Below, in pieces: positions 50,434 through 63,906 of a DNA stretch of 64,000 nucleotides (the first letter of the stretch is position 1; every line of letters begins with the position of its first letter). Position numbers and translations under genes: made by a program. This stretch comes from Eledone cirrhosa. Lineage: Eukaryota. The stretch spans positions 362,514,001 to 362,578,000 of the forward strand of contig OZ024743.1 in NCBI GenBank assembly GCA_964016885.1. The letters run 5' to 3'. The notes below the pieces were generated by a model. That model was not told the DNA's origin, made no database searches, and was given only the letters and a program-made list of their open reading frames with translations.

Positions 50434-53400
50434 TTCATTTATTGGCCACAAGGGCCGACATATAGGGGACAATACAAAAGACTGGGACAGTGGGGTTTTA
50501 CAGAAAATCGAGTAAACAATATGAATAACAATAACAAAGTAACAATAACAAAGTAACAATAAAGTAACAATAAAATTACAAGACAAAATTCACCAATAGG
50601 GGGGGGGGGATAACCACCCAGGGTTCGCTCAGGTACCTCACCAATCCTGAACGACCCGACGCTTCGAGAGCACCCTGGAAGGGCACCCCTCTCCTCCTCA
50701 AATTTACCTACCTACAGCCGCATGACCAGTGAAGGCCCACTCACACGGGCCATTCTCGCCACATTCACCCACCTTTCAGCAAATGTACTGGGGGGAAGCA
50801 CTTCTCTCTCCACCCCCACCTTCCTTTCCAAGTGAAACTTGAAAAAATTGATGAGGGATTGGCCGAAGAGAAAAATGTTTGTCTTCAGTCCTTTCAACCT
50901 CGTCCACCATACAACCTCTTTCGCAACTGCCACCAGACAGAGGAAAACTGCCTGCCCTTCCTGGCCAAAAGAAGGCAGCGGGTCGATCTTCACTATGGAC
51001 TCGGCCGATAGTTATCCATAGGCCCTGGGCTGAAAGTTCTCTGGAAGAGGGAAAACAGCTGATCTTCTTCGACGCCCAGGATCTCTCCGAGAACGTCGTC
51101 GCTTTTCTCCTCCACTAGTCCTCTATAGAACGCCGAGGTGGATGTTCCACCGATACTGGTGCCCAGCTGGAAGAGGGCAGTGAGTGCCTGGAGACATTCC
51201 AGTTTTCAAGCGCTATCCAACGGTCTTTTCCTGACCCAGGACTGCAGCTCCATCAAGGAGACGAGCTGTGGGAATACGTGCCTGGCGAACCGCGACCACA
51301 CCTTTTCACCGTCAAGGAAGCACCAGAGATGTCGCAGCCTCAGCGCATGTTTGCGCATCATCAGCATGGCATGCCCAGTCCTCCACGCAACGGGTGTTGA
51401 CAACAGATGGATCGTCTGACCATGGGAGCGCGTCCCTTCCACAAAAAGCGGAAGAAGCGGTGCTCCATTTTGGTGAGAGTTTGGCCGGGGCAAGGGACGA
51501 TGGTGAGGCGGTTGCAGATGATGGATGCTATGTACGCATTCGCCACCTCCGGCCGGCCTTTCAGGGACAGCTTCCTCTCGGCGCATTTCTGGGTGAGGGA
51601 GGCCACCCTGCTCGTCACATCGCTCCAGTTTTCCTCCATCTGGAGGTTCGGTACAAACCAGACCCCGAGCAATTTAACCGGTCCGTCCGTCCAACGACCC
51701 ACGACGCTGTTAGACGGCATGGACTTGCCTCTCCAGGTGCCGAGCTGCAAGCCCAGTAACGGCTTGAGAGCCAATACGTACAAGAGGGACGAGAGGGACG
51801 AGAGGGGACAACCCTGACGGACCGAGCGCATGATGCTGAACGGCTGCGACAGGTGACCGTTCACCCTCACAACTGAGCAGATGTCGCTGTACTTCGCAGC
51901 GATCCAACCCCTTAAAACGGGCCCGAAACCGATTGCCTCCAGCACCGCCGCCAGGTACCGATGGTAGACCCTATCGTATGGTTTGGATTGATCCAAGTTG
52001 ATCAGGACCCCACCCGTGCCAGGTTCCTTAACCACCCTCTCTACGATGTATCGCATGAGGTGGAGGTGTCCAGAATGGCGCATGTCTGCGCCTCTCCCAC
52101 CAAACCGCCGACGACAAGCGCCAACCTCGTTTCTAACACTTTGGCCAAAATCTTGAACTCTGCGTTTAGTAGGGTTATGGGCCTGAAGTTATCGATAACA
52201 TCCCCCTTGTTCTGGTCTTTTCTTAGCAGCGCCACCGCTCCCCGGCTCACAAAACTGGGAATGCTCCCGTTCTGCTGCCAAGTCCGGCATAAATGCATAA
52301 AGCTCGTAGAGCAGACCATCCAAACCTGGCGATTTACCCCTCGTGTAGTTAGCCATCGCTTCCCGTATTTCACCGGCTGTTATTGGCTTTTAGAACACTG
52401 TGCTGCGGTCGTCGAGAGCCGAGGCAGTCCGTCGAGGTATGCACTGAAGTCCATACCCCGATCCGGCCCGCCGCTGCTCCCGAACAGTCCAGCAAAGTGC
52501 TGCTGAAAAGCCTCACACATCTGCTCGTGTTCGAGCAAGACGCGCCCGTTTTCGTCAGATAAAGACCAAATTGTGGCTTTGTTGCCAAGTCACGCCTCTG
52601 CCACCCGGGCCCATTGGACGGCTTTTGAGCCCTCGTGTTTAAGAGCACTCACTCTAGCTCTGACAACGCAGCCTTCGTGTTTTGCGTTGAAGAATTGGTC
52701 GAGTGCCAATCTCGCTGCAAGCACGTCGGTTGCGATGCCTGTCCTAAACGCCTCTTCTAGCTTTCTGACTAGCTCTCCCTCTATTCTATTTTCCTCTATC
52801 ACTAGTCCTTTGCTAAACCTAATCGACTCTACTTCAATTGCCCTAATCAGAGCGAACCACCACCAGTTGTTGACGATCGCTCCCCTCAATGCCCGCTTAA
52901 CTAATACACTAATCCGGTCTCTGTAGGCTTTGCGCGCCGGGAAAGATGCGTTCAACTTCCAGTAACCGGGTCCTTGTCTATGAAGTTTGTCTATATCGAT
53001 CTCACAGATCACACATTTGTGGTCTGTGTAGTCGACTATTTTAAATTGTGGACAACTTATACTAGCCTTATCTAGTTCTATGCAGTATACCCTATCGAGA
53101 TACGATCTGGATGACCCGATGCGGTTTGTCCATGTCCACATTGGCACATTCGGGTGATCCAGTGGATACCTGTCAGACAGTTCAAAAAGTCTGAGCAGGT
53201 TGGTGAGGCTCTTGCACCCTCCTCCCCTATCCACTAGCCCCAGACAATCCCAGCGTGCATCCAAGATACCGTTCCAGTCACCTACTAACACTAAAGAGCG
53301 GGACGTTCCAAGAAAGGTCTCTAGACGTCTGAAGAAATCTGGCCGCCCTGCCCCAGTTGAGGCGTAGACGGCTACTAGCCTGAAAGCATTGCCTTCACTG

Positions 53401-54640
53401 CCGGTCACGTCTAGTACCACCGACTTACCTTCTGGGTCCAGGAAGATGGCCCATATGGCGAGATCCAAGCCTCTCCGAAAAAGGAGATTCTGGTCTTGCT
53501 GATTGCCACCACATCTATGTTTAGTGACCTGAGGTCGTTGAGCAGGTGACCCTGCTTCCAAGATGACCCCAGGCCACGTGCATTTATACTGCCTATTCTA
53601 AGTACGGCCATGTTGGATGAGAAACGGGGCAAGTGAGAAATGGTCACTTATCGTGTGGTGAAGGGACAGTAGAACCGTCCCTTTGGCTTGTCATGGGGGT
53701 TTCCAAGAGGATGTCAGTGTAGATCCTCTTGGTAACTTACCCTCTGAAGTCTCCAACTGCGTAAGAGAATTTTTGTTTTTAAAGTTTGTAATGTTCTATT
53801 TTGATTTCAATGATGCTTATGTTTGTAGGGAGAGTTCTTGGTGTTGGTAGGGTGTAGTAGTTTTTTTCTGTGATATCTGTGTGCTGCTTTATATATTGTA
53901 TGAGTTCTTTATTTGCCATGTTCATGGCTGTGTAATTTGTGGGGGGAGGGGTGATTTTGTTGCTGTTTTCTTCTTGTTGCTGTTGGGTGTGTGTGTGTCT
54001 TGTTGTGTTTGCGTTGTTGGTGTTTTTGGTGATGCTGGTGGTGGTGTGGTTGTTGTTGGTGGTGGTGCTTGTGGTGGTGATGGTGATGGTGGTGGTGTTG
54101 CTGCATGTCTCCTTGCAGCCTTTACCCCTCTTTGTGTGCCTTCGCTTTTGGAGTGTGAAGCTAAGGGTTTTTTTCTTTTTTGTTTTTTGAGGCAGACCGT
54201 TTACCACTTCACTCCCGCCTCAGACTCCATATCGGATTCCGTGGCATCTGGGAGGGATGTCCTCCACGGCTGTTGGTGGGGGTAGTGGAGCCCTCTCCGG
54301 CAATTTTGTTGGTGGTGCAGCAACTGCAAATGTAGCTATTGTGTTGCCGCCACTGATGCTACTGCTTTAGTTGTCCGTCGCCTTGGTACGGGTGCCACGG
54401 ACGTTGCCCTACTACTCACCGTGGAAGGGGCTTCTGCGTTTGTTGCCTGCCCTGTTCTTGGTAGCAGCGGACCAGGTATTGGAATGAGAGGGGCCTTCTT
54501 CTTCGCTGTCTTCTGCGGGCAAAAGGCCCTGAGGTGACCCTTTGACCCACAGAGATAACATTTTGGTCGTCTTCCTTCCACGCTTATAGGGAGTTGGAGT
54601 CCTTCCTCGAGGTCTATGATATCGGGGATAGCGTCGATAT
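50434..54640 (-). mobile_element. Tx1-clade LINE copy D (second subfamily), most of ORF1 plus ORF2, decayed
   Basis: ORF1 knuckle CYLCGSKGHLRAFC. ORF2 starts at 53611 (MAVLRIGSINARGL, LVGDWNGILD, GPGYWKLN, NFRPITLLN, RQGCPLS) and stops at 50712. The 3' end GGCCAATAAATGAA is followed by (ATC)2(ATT)n. Confidence 0.93.
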
Positions 54641-54735
54641 AATAATAATAATTGTTTCTACATTTGGCACAAGGCCAGCAAATTACCCAGTGCATTACTG
54701 GTACTTTATTTTATCGACCCCGTAAGGATGAAAGG
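54641..54735 (-). mobile_element. Meta-domain SINE 3' half abutting the 5' end of Tx1 copy D
   Basis: Reverse complement of the core and the (ATT)n tail. Confidence 0.8.
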
Positions 54736-55037
54736 TATAATAAAAAGACGACTTGTTATGTGTTCATTACATTTATTGAGTAGTGATGCACGTTTCGCTA
54801 TTGATCAGCTCAAAGTTCGATCTGTATCGATCTAACCCGACTCTGAAATTAAAAGCTCGTCGGACCCTGCTGTGGTAATGACAGCATCGAGTGTTCACTC
54901 TGGTGAACCTACAGCAACCGCACGTTACATCCCCTAGATATATATATGTGTATGTGTATATATAATATATACTTATATACCCCCCTCTCTCTCTCTCTCT
55001 CTTTCTATATATATATAATGACAATAAGAATTGCAGC

Positions 55038-55458
<421 letters not shown>

Positions 55459-55849
55459 CATACATTTTACATGTATACGTTCACACATACTGTTGCGTCC
55501 ACATACAATCATACAGAAAGTACCTGAAGCCACGCGCACATACAAATGAACACACACATATTCATTCGTGTTTCGAAATTACTTCCCTTTGACTACGATT
55601 TAATTTAACGTTAGGCGTATGTGTATAAGAAACAAAGTATCATTTTATATTTTGTAGTATCAGAATTGAAAGTCAAAATCACCGGACAAAATGCTATACT
55701 GTATTTAGCTACGACCCCTTTCGTTTTGAGTTCAAATCCCGGCGGTGTAAATGTTCCATTTTTCTCTGGAATTCTTAATATTGTTACCAGCTGAATACTT
55801 CAGTCGATTAAATCGATACATTATGGCCTTCTACCTACACTAGAGATGT

Positions 55850-56903
55850 ATTTGGCAGTATCAGTAGAGCGCCTTTCAATCATGCTTTACGGCATATAGT
55901 TACCACCCTTTATGTTCTGAGTTCTTATCCCGCCGAGGTTAACTTTGCCTTTCATCCTTACGGGGTCGATAAAATAAAGCACCAGTCACGCAGTGGGGTC
56001 GATTTAATCGACTTTCCCCTCCCCCAAAATTGCTGGCCTTGTGTCTGTATAAGAAACCATTATAATAGGGCGGTGGATTGGCAGTATCGGTAGAGGGTCG
56101 GACACCATGCTTTGCAGCAAAGAGTTACGGCCCTTGCCATTCTGAGTTCAAATCCCGCCGAGGTTAAATTTGCCTTTCATCCTTACGGGGTCGATAAAAT
56201 AATGTACCAGTAATACACTGGAATAATTGCTGGCCTTGTGCCAAAAGTAGAATCAATTATTATAGTGGACTAACAAAATCGTCAGAGTAGTAGTATTTGT
56301 TTAGCAAAGCTAACCTCGGCCGTATTTGAACCCAGGAAGGTTCAAATACCGCCGAGATTAGCTTTGCTGTTCATCCTTACGGGTTCGGTAAAATAAAGCA
56401 CCAGTAACGGACTGCGGTCGATTTTATCGACTTCCGCTTCTCCCCAAATCGTGGGCCTTGTACCTAGATGAGAAACCATTGTTTTTTTATGGGCGGTATA
56501 TTGGTAGTATCGGTAGTGCGTCGGACAATACACTTTGCAGCATATAGTAACTTCCGTTTACGTTTTGAGATCAAATCCCATTGAGGTTACCTTTGCATTT
56601 CATCGTTAGGGATCGATAAAATAGAGTACCAATAATGTACAGGAGTCGATTTAATCGACTTCTCCCTCTCCTTCTAATTGCTGGCCTTGTGCTAAAAGTA
56701 GAAACAATTATTTTGGATTGACAAAATCATTAAAGCAGTAGTATTCAAGATCTTTAATTTCTGAGTCCAAATCCCGCAGAGGTCTTTCATCCTTTTGGGC
56801 ATCGCTAAAATAAAGTACTTACCAATTACTGGGGTCGATTTATTCGACTTTCCCCTCCCACCAAAATTGTTGGCCTTGTGCCTAAATCAGAAACCATTAT
56901 TAT
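55850..56903 (+). mobile_element. Head-to-tail cluster of five Meta-domain SINEs
   Basis: Copies at about 55851-56063, 56067-56262, 56265-56482, 56490-56713 and 56716-56903, all on the same strand and mutually diverged. Confidence 0.85.
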
Positions 56904-57039
56904 TTAATAATCATATTTTCGTTGCATACCCTGTATGCTATCCCTACATTATATGTGCGCAGCTATATGAGCGCTGTATTTGTATGCATTGTCATGCTTT
57001 AATGTTGTGTACAGTACATCGTAATACTATTTCTGTATG

Positions 57040-57700
57040 CTGTGTATATTTGTAAGTCATTGGGCTCTGGGTAACATTTAATCAGTCCTTAGTTATGTTA
57101 TTATTGGAATTATTTCTGTTTTCATCGCCCACATTTATTTCCAGATCTTTTTATTTGGATAGTTTCTCCGTTAGTTTGAGATGTATATTCTCTTTTGGAG
57201 GGATTGATACATCAATGAGAAGGCATTTCGTTTCATTGTGGTCTTTGATTACCATATCTCAACGGTTGGCTTTGTTCTCTCTGTCTATTTATTAATATAC
57301 CTCAGAGTACGGTTGCTTTGTTATTCCTTGATATTTTTCCCTAGCACCCTTTTCCTGTTAGTATTTCCCGATACTAGCGTAATTTCCAGTGTGTAAATCC
57401 CAACTCTATCAGATATGTGGAGATATTATTGTTAGATTGGGCAGCCAAAGACAATATGTTTAATTTTTTTATTTCCATATTTTCAACAGTTACTTAATGT
57501 ATACTGCTTCATTGTGGGCTTTTGATTTCAGTTAGGCATTATTCAGTCTCGACTTTTAGTCCTATGCTTCTTAGCAAGTATTGTGAGGTTTTCTTAGTCT
57601 TCGTCCTCGCTGTTCACTCTTTTCGGGTATCGGCCATATAAGGGATTTTCTTCCCATTGTTTTATCATGGCATTTTGGAGATAGACACATTTCTTAAACT
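57040..57700 (-). mobile_element. R4/Dong-like REL-type non-LTR retrotransposon 3' fragment
   Basis: Minus-strand remnants are GRYPKRVNSED, DRVG..HWKL and IDRENKANR*DMVIKDHNETKCLLIDVSIPPKENIHLKLTEKLSK*KDLE. These follow the NRPD..IDV.IP..EKL.KYKDL pattern. Confidence 0.75.
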
Positions 57701-58149
57701 GACATAACATTTTTAATTCAACAACTTGTCCGATATAATTCCTTAAATTTTCAGCTCACTTACAAACAGCAGTTTAATCATTTGGTATTGCTATGTCAAT
57801 AGATAATACATGATTGCGATTATTGTGATGAAAAATAATGTCAGTGATGTCACACTTTGAATTATTTGAACAGTTTCTTAGGATTATGGATTTTACTTAT
57901 TCAATAACGGCATTGACAGTCTGTATCTCAAATAAACATAGAACGATAGAAGACATAGGGTCAATCAAAGCTGCATTATATAATTCAGACTACACAAGAA
58001 CAACAAAAGAAGAAATGAATATACCACATATTTACCGAAAATTAATAGGAGTCAGCGACAATAATAAAAAAGAAGCCAACTATAGTGACTCTACATAACC
58101 TGTCATGTTCACTGGCCATCCCATACACGGACCAACTTGAACACAGAGC

Positions 58150-58980
58150 ACTCAGTTACCGTTCATGCGCCTTCTACACAATATATATAGACGATATCCT
58201 TATTCTCACATCTTCCTGCGAGATTGCCAACAGAATATTTGAGTCATTCGACAACACGTAGGAACATAAAATTCAGCATGGAGTGTCTTTCTTATACCGG
58301 ATCATTCGCTTATCTCGACTTCCTACTGAATATTAAGGAAGGCAGTAAAATCAACATCGTCTTCTTCCATGAAGTGATCTGCAGAGCCCTATTTGTTCAC
58401 TATAAATCTGCTTTCCACAACAGAGTAAAAAAGGAGACATCAAAAACGATGTCACCCGCACACAAGTCAGGTGCAATGACACCAGGCAGTTTCACAACGT
58501 GTTGGAAACCAACGGTTATCCACCGCCTTCCACCCAAAACTTCAGGATCCCAAGTCCAGCAAACGGAATAGCTGAACTAATAGCTGCTTCCTTAAAATTC
58601 CAGCCTCGGCTAAAATCCACATAGCCATCCGTAGGGAAAGTTTCGTTATCTAACTTCCCCACTCGGAATCCTCCTTGCGGAGATGTCTATTCAGGAGACA
58701 ATACTACATATTCCAGATGCAACACGATATTTCTTGCGTGCATACGTAGTTTAAAAACTTGAATACGATAAGTGCATTCGCAGCCCGATTTGATCTCGGC
58801 ACGCCAGAATAAAAGGACACGCCACCACATAGACCCTTGGAAACATCCTTAAATGCAGGAACAAGAATAAGAGACCACTCCTGTACGGTCCAAGGAATGA
58901 AACATAGGCACCCTATGGATCAAGGAAGCCCTATTAATAAAACGACTAATACAATCTATTAATAACATATTGGAATTGAA
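58150..58980 (+). mobile_element. Penelope-like element RT and GIY-YIG remnant
   Basis: Carries YIDDILIL, IKFSME, FAYLDFLL, FVHYKSA, LETNGYP and LWIKEALLIKRLIQSIN. Confidence 0.78.
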
Positions 58981-59109
58981 TGCGGCTCTGTGGCTAATTT
59001 GATCCGGCCACCTTCAGGAAAAAGGAATTTAACAAACAAATGAATAGACAATACAGCCATGACACCACCGCCCCGACAGAAGAAGCAAATCAAATAACAT
59101 AACCTCCTT

Positions 59110-60298
59110 TATTTCACAATGCGTCAAGTAAACTGCAGCACTCTCACCCTTTTGTCAGCAAGGTGCCCAGCTGCATGGTCACCTGCGCATCGTTTCCAAG
59201 TGTTGACATTGAAGTTGAACAGTCTTTCTTGTAAACATCTTTTTAGCGCATATATGGCCGTCTCGCTAATCATGAGCACTCAGTCAACTAGCCGTACAAT
59301 TAGTTTTTGAGAATGCAACCCGAGGCCATTCTCTTGACGTGACCGAGTCTACAAACGCCCCACGCTGAGAATGGTGAACATGCTGCTCATCTTTGTGCGT
59401 TTCAAGACCTCTGTGTTTGGCATCTTTTCCTCCCATGGGATGTGGAGAATGAGTCTGAGGAAATGAGTTTCCTCTCATGACTCGTGTATGTGGTTCATGT
59501 TTCGCCCTCGAAAGAAATATGCTTAGAAAACATGCCTGGTAGACTCGAAGTTTGGTTCCACGGTGAGGCTGAGATTATTCCAAACCCTCTGATTCAGCTT
59601 AGACATATCTGTTGCTGTCTTGGCAATCCTATACTTCAACTCTGCATTAATGGAGAGCAAGCTGGAAAAAGTAAACACAAGGTACGCGAAGTGTTCAACA
59701 GCTTCCAAGCAACGTGCATCGATGGTGATGTTCACAGGAGCAGGTACTCCCTGCACCATGACATTTGTCTTCTTTGACTGATCGTCAATCCAAATTCCTC
59801 GCAAGCGTGGAAGAGGCGACTAACCAGCTGCTGCAGGCCGTCTTAAGTGTATGAAATCAAGGCTGCGTCATAAGCGTAAAGCACGTCATGGATAGGTACC
59901 TCTGTGACGTTGCTCTTGGCAGGAAGGCGAGCAATATTGGAAAGTTTGCCGTCAGTCCTAGTATAAATGTAGACCCCATCGCTACATTCCTTTAAGGAGT
60001 ACTAGAGGTGCATGGAGAATAAGATACTAAAGAGCATTGGGGCAAGTACACAGCCTTGTTTGACTCCACTGCTGACGGGAAATGCCTTAGAGGCTGCATC
60101 ATGAAAGCAAATAGTATTGTGCACGCCTTCATGGAACTAAGTGATGACCACGAGCAGATGGTGAGGGCAGCCGATTTTCTGAAATAGTCTGAAGAGCCCG
60201 CTATGACTGGTCAGGTCAAACGCCTTGGTTAAGTAAATAAAGGCAATGTAGAGCGGTATTTGTTGTTCGTAACAATTCTCTTCGGAAGCTACACTGGG
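59110..60298 (-). mobile_element. RTE-clade LINE RT fragment
   Basis: Carries PLYIAFIYLTKAFDL, SGVKQGCVLAPMLFSI, VLYAYDAAL, LEAVEHFAYL and ELKYRIAKTA. Confidence 0.9.
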
Positions 60299-60325
60299 AT
60301 ATATATATATATATATATATATATA

Positions 60326-61604
60326 CACGGAGTGAGTCATAAGTAACCGGTTAGGCAAGACATTTTGATTGCAAAGTTTACAGATAACTTATTTAACATC
60401 CACTTATTTGTGTAAGACCAGCTATGTTTTGTGCATTTTCTATTCCATGAATGAGGTGATGTGCAATGAATGACGTAGTGCGCAATGCTTGTTGATGTGT
60501 TGCAGTGTTAACTTAAGATCTATGTATATTTTCTGCACTAGAAACTGAACCCTAATTAATGATGGGAGAGGATGGCGATAAACGATTGGTAATTGAACAG
60601 CATGTCTTCATTGTAAAAGCTTTTTACCAAACGTCAGACAATAACAGGAGAAACGATATCCAGTCTCATTCAATGTTTCGAATCAACAGATTCACATGAA
60701 GATCTTCCAAGAACAGGAAGACCAGGGTCTGATTTACCTTTGAAAACAAGCAGATTGTTGCAGCTGCTTTTGCTCGCAATCCACGAGTCAACTTGACGAG
60801 CTTCACAAGAAATTGGTATCTCACAGAGATCGATTATAAAATTGTTACATGATGTTAACTTCAGACCAAATCGTCCGCTCTTGCTCCACTCATTGAATGG
60901 AGATGATTATGACTGTCGTACGAAGTTTTGTCAGATATTCCAGCGACTCTGTATGGAGGATGCCACTTTCCCAGAAAATATCATTTTTAGTGCTGAGGCA
61001 ACTTTTAAATTGAACGGCCAGGTCAACCGATCTAATTCTTGAGAAGGAAGTCAACTAACAGTGTCAGTTTGGATCGGGATTTGTGCTTCAGGTCTGGTCG
61101 GACCATTCTTTTTCGAAGAAACGGTGATGGGTAACAATTATGGGGAAATGCTCTACAATGATTTACTGCCAAGTTCTACGAAATGGGCACATGCTCGTGA
61201 GATGTGATTCCAGCATGACGGCACACCTCCTTATTACAGCATTGCTGCACGCAAATGTCTTGAGGAATACTTCTGACGCAGATGGATCGAACGCCGTGGT
61301 CCTATCGAGTATTCTCCTCGATCACTTGATCTTACACCTTTTGACTTTTTCGTACGCTGAAAAATCGAGAAGTGTTCCGCCTAAAGCAAGGAAAGTTAAT
61401 TCTTGTGTCGACGTGTATGTTATTCTGTTCTTGATATAGCTTCAAAATACATCGAGGAACTGAGTCAGCTTTTCGAACACTTACTTTAATTATATATTTT
61501 AAACTACTTTTGTTTGATGCATTTATAATATATAACCAGAATATTAGTAAATATTATCATTTAAAATATAAATATTAGACTGCCCGTTTACTTGTGACTC
61601 CCTC
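60326..61604 (+). mobile_element. Decayed Tc1/mariner-superfamily DNA transposon, DD41D (rosa-type) spacing
   Basis: Carries IIFSAEATFKLNGQVN, VWIGICASGLVGPFFFEE and FQHDGTPPYY..WIERRG..SPRSLDLTPFDFF, with 41 residues between the last two Asp. Imperfect TIRs are GAGTGAGTCATAAGTAACCGG / CCGTTTACTTGTGACTCCCTC. Confidence 0.85.
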
Positions 61605-62613
61605 CTCTCTCTCTTTCTCTCTCTCTCTCTGTATATATATATACTCGACTATCCCATCTTTCGAGTACTGTGGGCAATAACGGTCTAACTAGTTTAATAC
61701 CGATTTAATTCTGATATATATATATATATGCCATCTCATTCTAGGAACTTGATGTAGCAATCTTAGAGTTAATGAGTAAACATGTCAATGATGTTTTGAA
61801 GACACATATTATGTTTTGAAATGTCGGATGTGGAAGGTGTTACCAACATCACCCATAGATGCTTCGACGTTTCCGTTATATATCAATATTCCTATTCGAC
61901 ATAAAAATATACATTACATAGCTATTTGTCCCAATGACTTCCTTGGTGGAAATACCAAACACTTTATAGAAGTATGCATACATACTTAGAAAAATAAAGA
62001 ATATTGGAGTTTGGAACATTGCAATAGAGAATTTTTTAAATTATTTAGTGCGACCAACATTACAGATACTGTGAATCGAGGAGGGAACCTCTATGTGGTC
62101 ATCTGATTTACTAGAAATAGCAACAAAATATTCTCCAAACCCAAACCTAGCGTGTTATCAAAGGACAGGCAAGCGTTGCATAGTGTGGTTGTGGATTTCC
62201 TGCACTTAGAAAAAAGACGGGCCGGCATGATTAGAATGATTTTGCTCATAAGACTGTTCGATCAGAGTTAGGATTATGTTAAACAGAAACAATCATAGAT
62301 ACCATAAACCTACGAGAGAATCTTCATGTAGTTATTCAATCCGACAGAAATGCAACCAAATCAAACTCAAACCAAACCGTACAGTCTTTGCTATAATCTA
62401 TGGAAAACACAGCTTGGTCAGAGTTAACTTGGGGCTGAACAATCACAATAACAAGAGCAGTAACAACAAACAATAACAACAAAAGCAACAGCAATTATAG
62501 ATATGATATCATTCTTTAGAACGAGGAACAGAAGCAAAGTCTTTTGGAGATTGATACCACTGCCAATGTAAAAATCTGTCTAAAGCAGCAACAAACATAT
62601 GAAGTGAAATAAT

Positions 62614-62711
62614 TGTTTCTACTTTAGGTACAATGCCAGCAATTACCCATTGCATTACTGGTACTTTATTTTATCGACCCCGTAAGGATGAAAGGCAAAG
62701 TCAACCTCGGT
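62614..62711 (-). mobile_element. 5'-truncated Meta-domain SINE with 18-bp target-site duplication
   Basis: Flanked by CATATGAAGTGAAATAAT at 62596-62613 and 62712-62729. Confidence 0.88.
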
Positions 62712-63342
62712 CATATGAAGTGAAATAATATAATACAAAATGTAGAGTTATTTTTATTATTACTCATATACCACCTCGTACACCACCGATTACTAGATCT
62801 CTGGATTCGCTTGAGCAATATTCTTGTCAATAATATCGATTGATTCATTTCCAGGCATTCTTTTGACAGTAATTAGAGGCTAGTTAGAAGTGAAATCCAA
62901 GTTTCTGGTTCTGCTAGAATACGAAATGCAGGTCTGAAAAAAAGCAATTCTGAAGGGTTTCGACATTCTTAGTATGGTTTATGATATTATAAATCACTAC
63001 TGGACAATAATATGAAACAACTGTGTGAGAATGTCTAGTATGAACAGTCTTATTTGTTTTATTTTCCAAATCACAGGCAAACGCATTTATAATATTTTCC
63101 TTTTTGATCATGGTGTTTCTGAATGTTAAATGGGTCTGACCTCACTTTCAAGGTCACAGAAGTATTGTCGACAAGAAGTGGTAAACGGTCTGTTCCATTC
63201 ATGAAGTTAAACGCGTTTTTTGGGGTGGGGGGTAGTAGCTTTCTTTTGTACATTATTTATTTATATATTTGTGGTGGTGGAGGGTTATTCTCTGAATAAA
63301 AACACTGCAGGATAGCATTTATTTCCAGAAAAGACATATTTG

Positions 63343-63410
<68 letters not shown>

Positions 63411-63844
63411 TCCGAAGAGATTGTTTTGGTAAAAACAGGAGTAAGCAGGAGAAAGCTCTTAACATTCGTAGTTTGTAGTTACGGTGTAGATTCAGTATAA
63501 CATTAATAAAGATGCTGAGAATAAACGATTTATGTAACATCAGCATCTTTATTAATGTTATATATATACATATATTGTTATACTTTAAGAGGGTCATGCT
63601 ACCAATAAAAACACACCTGTTAGTTTCACTTCAATTTATTATAAACGCCCAGTCGGTTAATTTAATAACCGGAAGGTTGTTTAGTTGTTGATTGTCATAG
63701 CTCTTTCGTCACACGTCCTGTGACCTCCTTAGTGACTGCTTTGGTTATTTTGTGTCTCTCCTTTGTTCTTTCCTACATCTTGTTTTTTTTGGCCGTGTAC
63801 GTTAAGTACGTAGTATATATATATATATATGTATGTATACATAC

Positions 63845-63906
<62 letters not shown>

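Noticed and set aside
62760-63253. Short minus-strand ORFs faintly resembling a MULE transposase (YKRKLLPPTP, YCPVVIY, LKRIQ)
   Set aside because: Catalytic motifs are not recognisable and the similarity is too weak without a profile search.
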